From a virus: DNA of 64,000 bases. The stretch is from IMG/VR virus record IMGVR_UViG_3300045282_000112, positions 20,384 to 84,383 of that record. One strand, written 5' to 3'. Shown here in pieces: positions 44,136-53,332 of the stretch. Positions within the stretch are counted from its first letter, which is position 1, and every line of letters starts with the position of its first letter. Position numbers and translations under genes: made by a program. The notes under the pieces were generated by a model. That model did not search any database, had not been told where the DNA came from, and saw only the letters and a list, made by a program, of their open reading frames with translations.

Positions 44136-44411
44136 CTAGGCGGCGGCGGGGCCGTCGTCCCTCGGGTTGTTGCGCAGCCACTCGTCGAAGTCCTCGAACG
44201 TGCCTCCCTTGAACGTGCCGCCCCGCTCCAGCCGGTCGAAGGTGGCGCGCACCTCCAGCTTGGTGCGGAACAGGTCCAGCTCGCGCTGCATCCTCGGCCA
44301 GCTCTTGGTCTCGGGCACCAAGCCCATCTGCACCAGCTTGGCGTATTCGTGCTTGATCGCGAAGATGATGCCCTCGCGCGTGCGCGGCATCAAGCGGACA
44401 ATCTCGCCCAT
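44136..44411 (-). CDS. Hypothetical protein
   Basis: AGGAGG RBS before MGEIVRL. Confidence 0.6.
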   Translation of the reverse strand: MGEIVRLMPRTREGIIFAIKHEYAKLVQMGLVPETKSWPRMQRELDLFRTKLEVRATFDRLERGGTFKGGTFEDFDEWLRNNPRDDGPAAA

Positions 44412-44716
44412 CAGGTGTCCTCCTGCTTGCGGCGGTCGGAGAGCAGCCGCACCCGCGCCACGACGCTGCTGTTGAGCGCCTGCGTCGTGTGGGTCGGGTT
44501 GCGCCATGCTGTCGCCCCAAGCCACCCCGCCAGCCCCCTGATGTCGACGCTGAGAGTGCATTCGGCGGGACGCGGCTCATCCTCACCCTTTACCCAGACA
44601 CTGATGCGCTGGGTGATGACGACGCGCGGATGGCTTTCAACGTCGTTCTCCCCAAGCGGCTCGCCGCTCTCGGCGTCGCGCAGCTTCGGCTCAGGGATGC
44701 TGATGGTCGTGGTCAT
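44411..44716 (-). CDS. Hypothetical protein
   Basis: Coupled ORF. Confidence 0.55.
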   Translation of the reverse strand: MTTTISIPEPKLRDAESGEPLGENDVESHPRVVITQRISVWVKGEDEPRPAECTLSVDIRGLAGWLGATAWRNPTHTTQALNSSVVARVRLLSDRRKQEDT

Positions 44717-44913
44717 GCACTCACCTTGGCGCGGTAGAGCAGCAACAGCACACGCAGCTCGTCGGCGGTGCGGATCGTCTCGCGGTTGAGCAGCCCGCCG
44801 TGCATGCTGTCGGCGTTCTGCACAGCCTGCACCAACTTCTCGGCGGCGCGCACCAACTCCAACACACGGAAGCGCGCGAGCAGCTCGATCTCGGTGGGTT
44901 CAAGCAAGGGCAT
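44713..44913 (-). CDS. Hypothetical protein
   Basis: MPLLEPT..., HGGLL.RETIR.ADELR. Confidence 0.55.
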   Translation of the reverse strand: MPLLEPTEIELLARFRVLELVRAAEKLVQAVQNADSMHGGLLNRETIRTADELRVLLLLYRAKVSA

Positions 44914-45241
44914 GGTCGGTGCCCAGCACGTGGTAGTCGCCATCGTCGTCGACCCACTGCCCTAGCACTGTCGGCTGCGTGAAGCCGAACGCCTCCGCAA
45001 TGGTGACGACGGCGGCAGCGTCCTTGAGCAGCGATGCCTCCTTGCCACGTGGCGCATGTGGCACCCGCACGGTGAGGTGTCGCGCGAGACCAAATTCCTT
45101 CTGTTCGAAGGCGATGGTGCAACCATACTTGGGCGGGATGGTGACGGTCACCACGTCGGGGTGGCGGCGCTTGCGTGCCTTGCCCAAGGCCAGCGCGATG
45201 GCCGCGCGCTCATCGGGTCCGATCTCAGGAAGACGTGCCAT
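44900..45241 (-). CDS. Hypothetical protein
   Basis: MARLPEIG..., FEQ...RHLTV. Confidence 0.55.
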   Translation of the reverse strand: MARLPEIGPDERAAIALALGKARKRRHPDVVTVTIPPKYGCTIAFEQKEFGLARHLTVRVPHAPRGKEASLLKDAAAVVTIAEAFGFTQPTVLGQWVDDDGDYHVLGTDHALA

Positions 45242-45697
45242 CGCGCCTTCTCCGGTTGCGCCGCCTCTCCCACGTGAGCCACGCAAGGCGTGCGCACGCG
45301 ATCCCGGCGAGGATCAGCATGCTGGCAGAGAACAACTGCAGGAACGCATCAACCACGCTGTTGCCACCACACCCATGCTGCCAGCGCGGCGAACGCAATC
45401 AGCGCCAGCCCCAGCGTCACGCTCCACCACTCAGTCACCATACCGGCCACCTAAGAAAGCCTCGGCCTCATAGTCGCTGAGACGTGCACGCAGCGTCAGG
45501 TAGTCGATGAGCATCGACACCGCCTCGCTGGCTCTGCCGTGCTCTGGATGCGCATGTGCCAGCGTCTCGATCTGCAGCGCCAGATCGCGTAGGCCGTCGC
45601 CGGGAAGGCTTGCGCGGTCGATCCTTACGGCAGCATCCACAACAGCCCTCCACGACAGAACAACACAACCAGTTGCAATCACTGAAGCTGACGACGG

Positions 45698-45943
45698 TCA
45701 CGGCTCACCAAAGTCCTCTGGCCAGCGGTCGAACAGGTAGCTGAACACGCGACGGCGCTGATCGCCGTTCATGTCCGCCACCCAACCGATGGCGTGCGAC
45801 AGGAACGCCATCTCCGGGTCGCGTATCTTGCCCCAGCGCTTGTTGGCTGCCTCGCTGGCAATGGCGCTGCGCTCCTCGGGCGAGAGCACGGCGGCACGTG
45901 TGAGGCCGCCTTTCACGCCACGCTGGTGCGGGCTGTCAGTCAC
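45698..45943 (-). CDS. Small basic protein with GG..RA..LSPEERSAIA..AA..RW motif
   Basis: GTG start (VTDSPHQRG); paralog of 47225..47410. Confidence 0.6.
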   Translation of the reverse strand: MTDSPHQRGVKGGLTRAAVLSPEERSAIASEAANKRWGKIRDPEMAFLSHAIGWVADMNGDQRRRVFSYLFDRWPEDFGEP

Positions 45944-46136
45944 GCGTGGCCTCGATCTCGGCCAGTGCATTGCGCAACGCCACCACGTAAGCGGGACCGG
46001 GGTCGCCGGATACACCTGTGAAGATGTCTGCCGGGTAGTAGGCGTTGAGCAATTCTGTTCCGATCAGCACGACGGCATCCCACGACTTGTCTTGCGCCAG
46101 CAGGGCGATCAGCTCAAGGCGACGATCTTGATCCAT
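45936..46136 (-). CDS. Hypothetical protein
   Basis: YPADIFTGVSGDPG motif. Confidence 0.6.
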   Translation of the reverse strand: MDQDRRLELIALLAQDKSWDAVVLIGTELLNAYYPADIFTGVSGDPGPAYVVALRNALAEIEATRD

Positions 46137-46137
46137 A

Positions 46138-47214
46138 TCAGGCTGTCGATAGCTCCGGGTAGTAGAGATTGTCGATCAACTCGTAGCCCTCCATGTCGCC
46201 CTCAAAGTGCGGTGCACCCGTGTTGGAGACGAAGATGCTGTCGCGTATCGTGTTGCCGCTGGCACCGCCCCGCTCGATCCACATGCCCGCCGCCACGCTG
46301 TTGGCGATCAGGTTGCGGTTGAAGTTGGCACCCACCAGCCCGCTGTCGCGCTTCTGGATGAAGAAGCTGATGCCGTAGTGGCAGCCCAACAGGCTGTTGT
46401 CCTCGCAGACGATGCCCTCGATATGCCCGGAGCCTGTCTCGCGCGCGAGGGTGATGCCAGTGGACTTGAGCTTCTCGCCGTAGGTCAGGTATTTCTCATT
46501 GCCCGTGCAGTAGCAGAGGTTCTTCTTGATCCACGCGCCGTCTACTGGGCTGTCGATGTATATGTTGATCTTGTAGTTGTCGAAGGAGACGTTCTCCAGC
46601 ACTGAGCCACCGACGTGGCCCTTCATTATGCCAAGGCCCTCGCCCATGTTATTGAAGATGTAGTTGCGGCGCGCCATCCCGCCCTTGCCTTTGCTGAGGG
46701 AGATGCCCTGCCCGTAGCCCGGTTCTCCGGTTAAGTTGTGATTGGTGTTGCGGTGGACCGTGCAGCCCTCGATCAGCGTGCCGACATTGCTGTCAACGGT
46801 CGGCCCCTCGTTGATGATGCCCGTCTCCCAGCAATCGTGCACATCGCAGCCCAGCACCTCGACGTATTTCGCGGCGTAGATGGCGATGCCTTGGCGCGCG
46901 GAACGGGCAACCTCGATGCCCTTGAACGTGACGTAGTTGCCGTCGAGCATGACGAGCGGGGTAGCACCACCCGAGCCGCCACCACCATCGATCACCACCT
47001 GTGCGCCGGGGGCGGGGCACACCGTGATGCGCTCGCCCTCATTACCGGAGCGCGTGATCGTCTGTTGCGTCACATGCTGGTGCACACCGCTGGTGTAGAG
47101 GATCGAGCCACCAGCTCGCACCAACTCCGAGGCACGGTTGAGCGTGTGCACTGGATGCAGTTCATTGCCGGAAGCGATGTCCTCGCCATCCGGGGATACA
47201 TAGACATCACTCAT
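46138..47214 (-). CDS. Right-handed beta-helix (pectin lyase-like) protein
   Basis: YVSPDGED...G...P..TL; repeated N-x-I/V-x-x-N beta-helix rungs; AAGGAG RBS. Confidence 0.85.
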   Translation of the reverse strand: MSDVYVSPDGEDIASGNELHPVHTLNRASELVRAGGSILYTSGVHQHVTQQTITRSGNEGERITVCPAPGAQVVIDGGGGSGGATPLVMLDGNYVTFKGIEVARSARQGIAIYAAKYVEVLGCDVHDCWETGIINEGPTVDSNVGTLIEGCTVHRNTNHNLTGEPGYGQGISLSKGKGGMARRNYIFNNMGEGLGIMKGHVGGSVLENVSFDNYKINIYIDSPVDGAWIKKNLCYCTGNEKYLTYGEKLKSTGITLARETGSGHIEGIVCEDNSLLGCHYGISFFIQKRDSGLVGANFNRNLIANSVAAGMWIERGGASGNTIRDSIFVSNTGAPHFEGDMEGYELIDNLYYPELSTA

Positions 47215-47224
47215 GGCTGCTCCT

Positions 47225-47410
47225 TCACGTGGGCCAGTCCCCTGCCCAATTGGCCTTCAGGTAAGCCAACACGCGACGCCGCCCAGCGGCATCCATGTTG
47301 AGGTGAACCAGTGCGGTGGCGAGAAAGTGTGCCTTGCCAGCGATGGCGCTGCGCTCCTCAGGCGTGAGGTTGGCACCCTTCACACCGCGCTGGTGCGGGG
47401 TATCGGTCAC
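47225..47410 (-). CDS. Paralog of 45698..45943
   Basis: VTDTPHQRGVKG..LTPEERSAIA...RRRV..YL...W. Confidence 0.55.
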   Translation of the reverse strand: MTDTPHQRGVKGANLTPEERSAIAGKAHFLATALVHLNMDAAGRRRVLAYLKANWAGDWPT

Positions 47411-47414
47411 TTGA

Positions 47415-48080
47415 TCATGGCTCCGCATATTTTCCAACCCAAGGAAATTTTCCAGCTGCCTTCAGCTCCATGCTCAGTGCGCCGACAGCCTGCGGGTCGG
47501 TCTGATCGATGCTCTTGTCGGGATCATACCAGACCATGAAGCATGGCTCGCAGATCGGTGTGTCGTGCCACACAGATTTGCGCAGCCATCGTGTCTCTCC
47601 GCACGCTGAGCATTTCGTTTCTACTTGTTGCTCCTCTTCTAGCTTGCGGGAGATGGCGGCGAGGGCTTCCTTTAATTTCTGCTCAGCCTCGGTCCATGTG
47701 GCGGTGAGATCATTGTCCGCGACGTAGTTGTATAGATACTCTAGCGCCGCCTTCACCTGTTCGAGGTAGGTCATGGGCGGCCTCCTTCCAGCGCGACGCG
47801 TGAGGCGGGTGAGGAGCTTGTCAGCGGCTACCCAAGGGGCAAGCGGGGCCTTGGTGTCGCCGTGCGCGACATACCACGCGCTAAGGGCCTCCAACGCCTT
47901 CACCGCCTCCGCGAGCAGGGCGGCTTGGTCGGTCGCCGCCCCCTCCAGCGCGTTGGCACGGATCAGCGGTGTCACGGCGGCGAGAATGGTTTTGGCAGCG
48001 GCAAAGCTCCCTCGATTGTAGAAGCCACCTTCTGCCAGCGCACGCACCGCAGCTTCGATGATGGCTGGATCGTCGGTCAT
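47415..48080 (-). CDS. Hypothetical protein with C-terminal CxxC...CxxC
   Basis: CSACG...ICEPC; N-terminus paralogous to 48672..49058. Confidence 0.55.
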   Translation of the reverse strand: MTDDPAIIEAAVRALAEGGFYNRGSFAAAKTILAAVTPLIRANALEGAATDQAALLAEAVKALEALSAWYVAHGDTKAPLAPWVAADKLLTRLTRRAGRRPPMTYLEQVKAALEYLYNYVADNDLTATWTEAEQKLKEALAAISRKLEEEQQVETKCSACGETRWLRKSVWHDTPICEPCFMVWYDPDKSIDQTDPQAVGALSMELKAAGKFPWVGKYAEP

Positions 48081-48364
48081 GGAAAATTTACCCCAACGCC
48101 TATGCCGTGCTTTTGGGGCGGCTCCTTCAGGGCGCGGAGATACTCAGCGGCTCGACTGAGCGTCGCCCCGTCGAGGTTGCGCTCCTCGCGCGCTAGTTCG
48201 AGCAGCCTCGTCGCCGCCTCCTCCAGCACTTGCTCGCGGATCATCTCGGCGGCGATCCGGGCATAGTCACGATAGCAGTTGCGCGTCGCGTCTGTGTGAT
48301 CGCACCACAGGATAGGGTCGGCGTCATGTGCGAACATCGCCCGCGCCACTGGTTCGAGCTTCAT
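48077..48364 (-). CDS. Hypothetical protein
   Basis: VARAM...YRDYARIA...LEEAA...LRALK. Confidence 0.55.
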   Translation of the reverse strand: MKLEPVARAMFAHDADPILWCDHTDATRNCYRDYARIAAEMIREQVLEEAATRLLELAREERNLDGATLSRAAEYLRALKEPPQKHGIGVGVNFP

Positions 48365-48669
48365 GGTAGCGTCCCGTCTCGCACATACAGCCCTTGCATG
48401 ACGGCTCCGGTTCTCTGGGCCTCGTAGTCCGCCGTCTCTTCATCTTGGAAAATGATCCAGCCGTCAGCATAGTCCTTGACGCGCCATGCGACAGGGCGCT
48501 TCGCCAGCGCCCCGGACGGCTCCATCCGGGCAAGGGTGGCAGCGGCGCGCTTTTGCTGGGCCAAGAATAGAGGCAACAACAACAGATTATTACTGTTGCT
48601 GCAGTCAATCAGATCAACGAGTTTGCCAATCTCCTCCAGCGCAGCACGGACCTGTTCGATGTCGGCCAT
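48361..48669 (-). CDS. Hypothetical protein
   Basis: PVAWRVKDYADGWI motif. Confidence 0.55.
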   Translation of the reverse strand: MADIEQVRAALEEIGKLVDLIDCSNSNNLLLLPLFLAQQKRAAATLARMEPSGALAKRPVAWRVKDYADGWIIFQDEETADYEAQRTGAVMQGLYVRDGTLP

Positions 48670-48671
48670 GT

Positions 48672-49058
48672 TCATTCGCCATATACCCGCCGCTTCCGCC
48701 ATATGTATTCCTCGGCGCTGCGCTCGCCCGGCTGCACCTTCAAGGCACGGATGGCGGCGGCTGTGCCTCGTATGTGCTGTGCAAAATAACCGACACCCCA
48801 AACAGGACTGTTCTGTGCGGCAACATCTCGGTCAACGTCCTCCACCACCACTGCCGCCTCCTCCAGCGTGGCGGTGCGGACATAAGCAAGATCATGGTGC
48901 CATCTCTTTAGGGCAGCCTCTTCAATCAGTGGCGTGACGGCGGCGAGAACGGCTTCAGCGGCTACATGGACTTCAAGTAGTCTCGTCTCAGTAGCGGGAG
49001 GTCCAAAGTAGGGATTGAGTGCCCGTTCCGCAGCTTCAAGGATGGCGGGATCGCTCAT
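48672..49058 (-). CDS. Hypothetical protein
   Basis: MSDPAILEAA...LEEAA...AAAIRALK. Confidence 0.55.
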   Translation of the reverse strand: MSDPAILEAAERALNPYFGPPATETRLLEVHVAAEAVLAAVTPLIEEAALKRWHHDLAYVRTATLEEAAVVVEDVDRDVAAQNSPVWGVGYFAQHIRGTAAAIRALKVQPGERSAEEYIWRKRRVYGE

Positions 49059-49064
49059 GGCTGG

Positions 49065-49140
49065 TGGTGCTCCCGCGAGGATTTGAACCCCGGAATGTCG
49101 GTATGTAAAACCGATGCCTTAACCACTTGGCGACGGGAGC
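49065..49140 (-). tRNA. tRNA-Val(UAC)
   Basis: GCTCCCG/CGGGAGC acceptor + ACCA; D arm GCC AAGTGGTTAA GGC; anticodon stem TCGGT/ACCGA with loop TTTACAT; T loop TTCAAAT; 76 nt. Confidence 0.9.
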
Positions 49141-49171
49141 CTCTCCCCAGTAAGTATGCGCCGCCCATCCG

Positions 49172-49408
49172 TCAACCACCGCTCGGCGCATTCGGGATCG
49201 GCATCCATAACGTCGGCACACTCTCGGCGACGGCGCTGTCTTGCATCTCGCGCCACGCAAAGCGCCCAAACGGTCCTGCCGGGGTTGGGTTATCAACCCA
49301 GCGCACAACGGTCGGCTCATCACGCCCGTTCGCAAATTGGCACAGCACTAGGATGCGTGTGCCGTCCTTTGGCGCTGTCGCGATGGGCCGCCACGGGCTA
49401 TCTCTCAT
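49172..49408 (-). CDS. DUF551-like protein
   Basis: WRPIATAPKDGTRIL...PTLWMPIP. Confidence 0.7.
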   Translation of the reverse strand: MRDSPWRPIATAPKDGTRILVLCQFANGRDEPTVVRWVDNPTPAGPFGRFAWREMQDSAVAESVPTLWMPIPNAPSGG

Positions 49409-50003
49409 TGTCGCTCCACAGGTGTTCACGCAGCGCGTAGCCCATGAGCGGCCACAACTGGCGCACGGCGTCCTCGTAGGCAAACTTCCTGCCAAGATCG
49501 GCGTCGTAGTTCTCCGACGATGCAGGTGCGCTCTTGCCGATGACGGTGAAGCCGTTCTGCATCACCAGCAGGCAGATGCTTAGCACCTCCAGCGAACGCA
49601 TGTCGGCAGGCTTGGGGGGATCAGCCGACGCACCATCGACTGGTGGCTCATTCCAAGGAACACACGTCGCGATCTCGCCGCCAGTCGTGTCGAGGCGCAG
49701 CGAAATGGATCGCTCGATGTCGGCGAGCGTGACACGTGGTGCCTTGGCGACGGCGGCGGCGGATGCGTCGGTGTCTTGCAGGCTCATTGGTCCTCCTCGG
49801 AGCAGTTCGTGGTTGTAGCCGATGCAGTTGCTGAACCAGCCTGCCACCCATAGCTCTGGCAGGTCAACGTCGTGGTTCTTCTTGACGAACTGGCAGAAGG
49901 CGCGCCCCCACTGGCCGCCATCATCCCCCAGCATGGCGAGGAACACGCCGGGTTGCTCCCGCAGCATGGCGACGTAGTCTATCCCCCCGCCGTTTGTCGA
50001 CAA
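49398..50003 (-). CDS. Gp49/gp66-family protein (possible internal start at 49787)
   Basis: APRVT..DI...ICLLVMQNGFTVIGKSA.AS.ENYD..LG...LWPLMGY. Confidence 0.75.
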   Translation of the reverse strand: MSTNGGGIDYVAMLREQPGVFLAMLGDDGGQWGRAFCQFVKKNHDVDLPELWVAGWFSNCIGYNHELLRGGPMSLQDTDASAAAVAKAPRVTLADIERSISLRLDTTGGEIATCVPWNEPPVDGASADPPKPADMRSLEVLSICLLVMQNGFTVIGKSAPASSENYDADLGRKFAYEDAVRQLWPLMGYALREHLWSDNER

Positions 50004-50021
50004 CTGACCTACCCCTACATC

Positions 50022-50231
50022 TCAGTCGTCGGAGAGCATGACGCGCAGCACGTTAAGCAATTTGGCTGGCCCTTCGATCACCACTGTGCCGTCTGCGCGC
50101 TCCTCCATCGTGAGCTTCTCCCCGAGACACTCCTCGGCAGACGCTATCGCACCCGCCTCCACAAGCTTCTTGTATTTCGCCCGGATGGCGTCCTCGTCCA
50201 GATTGCGCATTTCAATGTGCTCCCAGCGCAC
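50022..50231 (-). CDS. Hypothetical protein
   Basis: ORF in the early gene run. Confidence 0.45.
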   Translation of the reverse strand: MRWEHIEMRNLDEDAIRAKYKKLVEAGAIASAEECLGEKLTMEERADGTVVIEGPAKLLNVLRVMLSDD

Positions 50232-50496
50232 GGTAGCCCTTCTCGGTCACGATCCAGCACAGGTCCCCCATGGTGAGGTCCTGCAGATCGAGCGCTTGCA
50301 TCGCGTCGGCGGTGAGCGGGATCACTGCGCTGGTCCTCGGATGACGCAGCTCCAGCAGCCCCTTGCTGACCGCTGAGAAGAGATGCTCGGCGTTGCCCTC
50401 CAGCAGGCTCGCCACCATCTCGCGGTCGCTGGCGATGGTGTGCGCCTTGTTGCCGAAGATGGCGTCGAGCAGCCGGTTCTCCGGGCTGCGGTTCAT
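50212..50496 (-). CDS. Hypothetical protein
   Basis: Coupled ORF. Confidence 0.55.
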   Translation of the reverse strand: MNRSPENRLLDAIFGNKAHTIASDREMVASLLEGNAEHLFSAVSKGLLELRHPRTSAVIPLTADAMQALDLQDLTMGDLCWIVTEKGYRALGAH

Positions 50497-50777
50497 GGCT
50501 TGTCAGGCGTCCAGCCGTAGTAGAAGCGCGGGTGGTGCTGAAATTCGAGCGTGCCCAGCTTGTGGTCGAGGCGTCGCTCGACGACCACGAACGGGGCGAG
50601 GAAGGACTTGATCTGGTAGTGCTTGCCCACCTCCTCGGCGCTGAGCACCTCGCCATGCACGGCGGCGAGCTGTTCGCGCGTCAGTGGGCCGACAGCCTGC
50701 TGACCGGCGATCATCGCGCGGCGCGTGGCCTCAGTGGGGTCGGTGTAGTGCGTGTCGTGTCCGTTGCTCATGGTCAT
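50493..50777 (-). CDS. Hypothetical phage protein
   Basis: FLAPFVVVER...GTLEFQHHPRFYY; AAGGAG RBS. Confidence 0.65.
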   Translation of the reverse strand: MTMSNGHDTHYTDPTEATRRAMIAGQQAVGPLTREQLAAVHGEVLSAEEVGKHYQIKSFLAPFVVVERRLDHKLGTLEFQHHPRFYYGWTPDKP

Positions 50778-50798
50778 TCTCCTTTGGCTGAATATAAG

Positions 50799-50832
50799 TG
50801 CGGGCGTGATGGATGTTCACATCACGCCCGCA
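50799..50832. terminator. 13-bp perfect hairpin, terminator/processing-like
   Basis: tgcgggcgtgatg-N8-catcacgcccgca in an intergenic gap. Confidence 0.5.
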
Positions 50833-50878
50833 TCACACAACATCGCGCCTTGGAATGGCGGAGTGGTTGCGTGAACTC

Positions 50879-51064
50879 TTACTGACGTTGGCTTTGGCCT
50901 TGGCCGCTCTTGCCACCAGCAGAGGTGTCCTCTGCAATGTGACCCGACGCAAGCTGCTGCTGCACCTCGGCCTCGGAACCGGTGTAGGTCTGACCTGCAC
51001 GCCAGTTCTTGCCACCTGCATCGTTGAAGTCAGAGACTACCTTGTAGCTCTTTTCCTGTGCCAT
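50879..51064 (-). CDS. Small hydrophilic protein
   Basis: GAGGA RBS before MAQEKSYK. Confidence 0.55.
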   Translation of the reverse strand: MAQEKSYKVVSDFNDAGGKNWRAGQTYTGSEAEVQQQLASGHIAEDTSAGGKSGQGQSQRQ

Positions 51065-51263
51065 TGGTGTATCCTCTAGTGTGATTAACACCCCGCGCAA
51101 GAACAAGCGGTGGGCTCATCGGTTCCATATCACATATACCACAGTGAGCCAGAAGCCAAGCACAAAGACAACAAAGACAGCAAAGGTAACACAGCCAATC
51201 ACCTCGCCGCGCGTGATCGGTGTGATCGGTGGCTCGCGCTCTGGCAGGTTGGTTGGCACGGCA

Positions 51264-51554
51264 TCAGTGTTTCTTCTCGTGCGCGGGTGCATCTTCCATG
51301 CGCATGTCGGGGCGCTTGCCGGTCTGCTGTTCGATCATGTCGGCGACGAAGCTCGACATCAGGTCCATGAAGGCCCGCTTGCGCTTCTCGTCGACCACCA
51401 CTGACATGTGTATCTTGGCGAGGCGTGCGGCCTTGGCCATGCTGTCGGGCTGCGCGTAGTAGGCGCACCACCACTGTCCCTCGACGCGCAGCGCGAGGCG
51501 TCCGACTTGCTGCATGCCGGTCTTCGTCATGGGCTTCGGGTCAGTCATGATCAT
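51264..51554 (-). CDS. Hypothetical phage protein
   Basis: VGRLALRVEG.WW.AYYA..DSM...APAHE. Confidence 0.65.
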   Translation of the reverse strand: MIMTDPKPMTKTGMQQVGRLALRVEGQWWCAYYAQPDSMAKAARLAKIHMSVVVDEKRKRAFMDLMSSFVADMIEQQTGKRPDMRMEDAPAHEKKH

Positions 51555-52521
51555 CCTCGACAGGCTCGGCCAGAAGGAAGCTCAGGTCCTGCAGCTCGGC
51601 AGGGTCCTTGAAGCCACCCGGCATCGTAGCGACTGTAGCGCGCGCTGGGAAGTTCTGTGCGAGGCGGTAGGCGTTGGGCTCGTTGCCCCGGTCGAACAGC
51701 ACCACGGTGCGGCGGAAGCGCGGCATGAGGCTGTAGAGGTGGGCACGCTGCGTGGCTGAGAACGAGCTGGTCATGCAGCACGTGGCCCAGATGGATTGAT
51801 GGTTGCCGAGCAGGTTGACCTTCAGTGCATCGAACGGGCCTTCACAGAGCACGAGGGTATCAGCGCTTTTGGGGAAGCGGTCGGCCCAGATCAGGTGCTG
51901 ATCGATGGGGCCCTCGGCGAGGTAGCGTGGCTGCATGCGGGTGCTGATGGCTCTGCCGGTCATGGCCACCAGCTTGGTCGCATGGCGCACGGGGAAGATG
52001 ATGCGGCCATGCCAGCGTGCGTCATGATGGTTGAAGACGATATCGAACCGGTCGAGCGCCTTCATGTCGGTGAAGCCACGGTTGCGCAGGTAGAGCGTGT
52101 AAGGGGTGGCTGAGTAAGACGGTGCGGAGAGTGGGCGGGTTGATTTGGGGAACTCGATGGCGGTGATGGCTTGGGTTGGCACAGGTTTTTCCATTAAATC
52201 CTTGACCTTCTGTGCAAGATTATAAGCTGGAACAGGGGCCTCGGACTGGTAGCCCTTGGAGGTGCCAGTGATGTCTGCGGCGGACGACCAGTCGATGTCG
52301 AGGATGGCGGCGACGAGGCGGGTGGGGCTGATGCCTGCGTGTGAGCCATCGCGCCAGCAGTGCCAGCCCTTGTTGTTGAGGCTGATGGACATATGCATGC
52401 CCGGGTCATGGCTGGCGCAGAAGGGGCAGCGGATGACGACGTGGTCTGCGCCGACGTTGGGTCCACGGTCGCGGTGGTCGATGCGGTAGCGTTCGAGGAA
52501 AGTCTGCCAGTCAAACGCCAT
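51541..52521 (-). CDS. DNA primase (Zn-binding + TOPRIM)
   Basis: CPFC...WHCWR; YLRNRG; GRIIFP; LCEGPFDA; VLFD. Confidence 0.88.
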   Translation of the reverse strand: MAFDWQTFLERYRIDHRDRGPNVGADHVVIRCPFCASHDPGMHMSISLNNKGWHCWRDGSHAGISPTRLVAAILDIDWSSAADITGTSKGYQSEAPVPAYNLAQKVKDLMEKPVPTQAITAIEFPKSTRPLSAPSYSATPYTLYLRNRGFTDMKALDRFDIVFNHHDARWHGRIIFPVRHATKLVAMTGRAISTRMQPRYLAEGPIDQHLIWADRFPKSADTLVLCEGPFDALKVNLLGNHQSIWATCCMTSSFSATQRAHLYSLMPRFRRTVVLFDRGNEPNAYRLAQNFPARATVATMPGGFKDPAELQDLSFLLAEPVEDDHD

Positions 52522-52637
52522 GGGGTAGTGCCTTTTTCGTGGGGCACCAAGCAGCGGTCAGGCTCAGGCTTTGCTGCCGCTGCTTGGCCCACACGGTTCC
52601 GATACTGGTTTGCGCAAGGATCGGGTGCGCTGGCAGC

Positions 52638-53015
52638 CTAGCGCCGTGGAATGGGGATGGCTACCGCATTGTCCTTGGGGTTGCTCTGCGGCAGGTTGAG
52701 ATCGGCCTCAGTGAGGCTGACGAGGTTCTTCAGGTCATCCTCGACACGGTCGGCGAGTTGGTTGGTGGGGACGGCCTTGATCGGGGTGGGGGCACGGTCG
52801 GGACGCTCATGCTTGATCAGCGCCTCGACCAGTTGTGTTTCCATGATGATCAGGCCGCCCTGCCGGTCGAGGCGGTCGTGACAGTCGCGCAAGGCTTTCT
52901 CGATGCGCTGCAGGGCGACGATCTCGCCGTTGAGTTCATTGATCAGGCCGTCGATGCGCTTCAGGTGGACGGTGAGACCCTCCTTGATCGGTGGCCTGTC
53001 GGTGGGCGTGTTCAT
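52638..53015 (-). CDS. Hypothetical coiled-coil protein
   Basis: Heptad pattern. Confidence 0.5.
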   Translation of the reverse strand: MNTPTDRPPIKEGLTVHLKRIDGLINELNGEIVALQRIEKALRDCHDRLDRQGGLIIMETQLVEALIKHERPDRAPTPIKAVPTNQLADRVEDDLKNLVSLTEADLNLPQSNPKDNAVAIPIPRR

Positions 53016-53332
53016 GCTGCTGCATTCTCCTCGGGAAGCGGGTCGCCCGTGTCAGGGTCGACCTCGTAGGTATCGGCGATGTAGTTGTGGGCATCCTCTT
53101 CGCTGTCGAAGGGGCCTGCCCACTCGGTGCAGTCAAGGTAGCCGTTGGCTGACAGGCGAGCGAACCAACCGCGCTCACAGGTGACGGTATAGCTCTCGCC
53201 GTGGCTGAACTCCTTGTCGTCGTCGATGGCGCAGGTAGCACAAGGCAACTCGTCGAACAATTCGGTATCGCCGTTGGGCTTGGTGAGCGTCCACTTGGTG
53301 CTCAGCTCGTAGTGCGGCTTCATGTGTGCCAT
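53012..53332 (-). CDS. Hypothetical phage protein
   Basis: GWFARLSANGYLDCTEW.GPF.SEE.A; start MAHMKPH. Confidence 0.65.
   Translation of the reverse strand: MAHMKPHYELSTKWTLTKPNGDTELFDELPCATCAIDDDKEFSHGESYTVTCERGWFARLSANGYLDCTEWAGPFDSEEDAHNYIADTYEVDPDTGDPLPEENAAA

Noticed and set aside
49065-49140. tRNA as a prophage attachment site or host boundary
   Set aside because: Phage-type genes continue on both sides; no integrase or duplicated tRNA 3' end is seen in the window.
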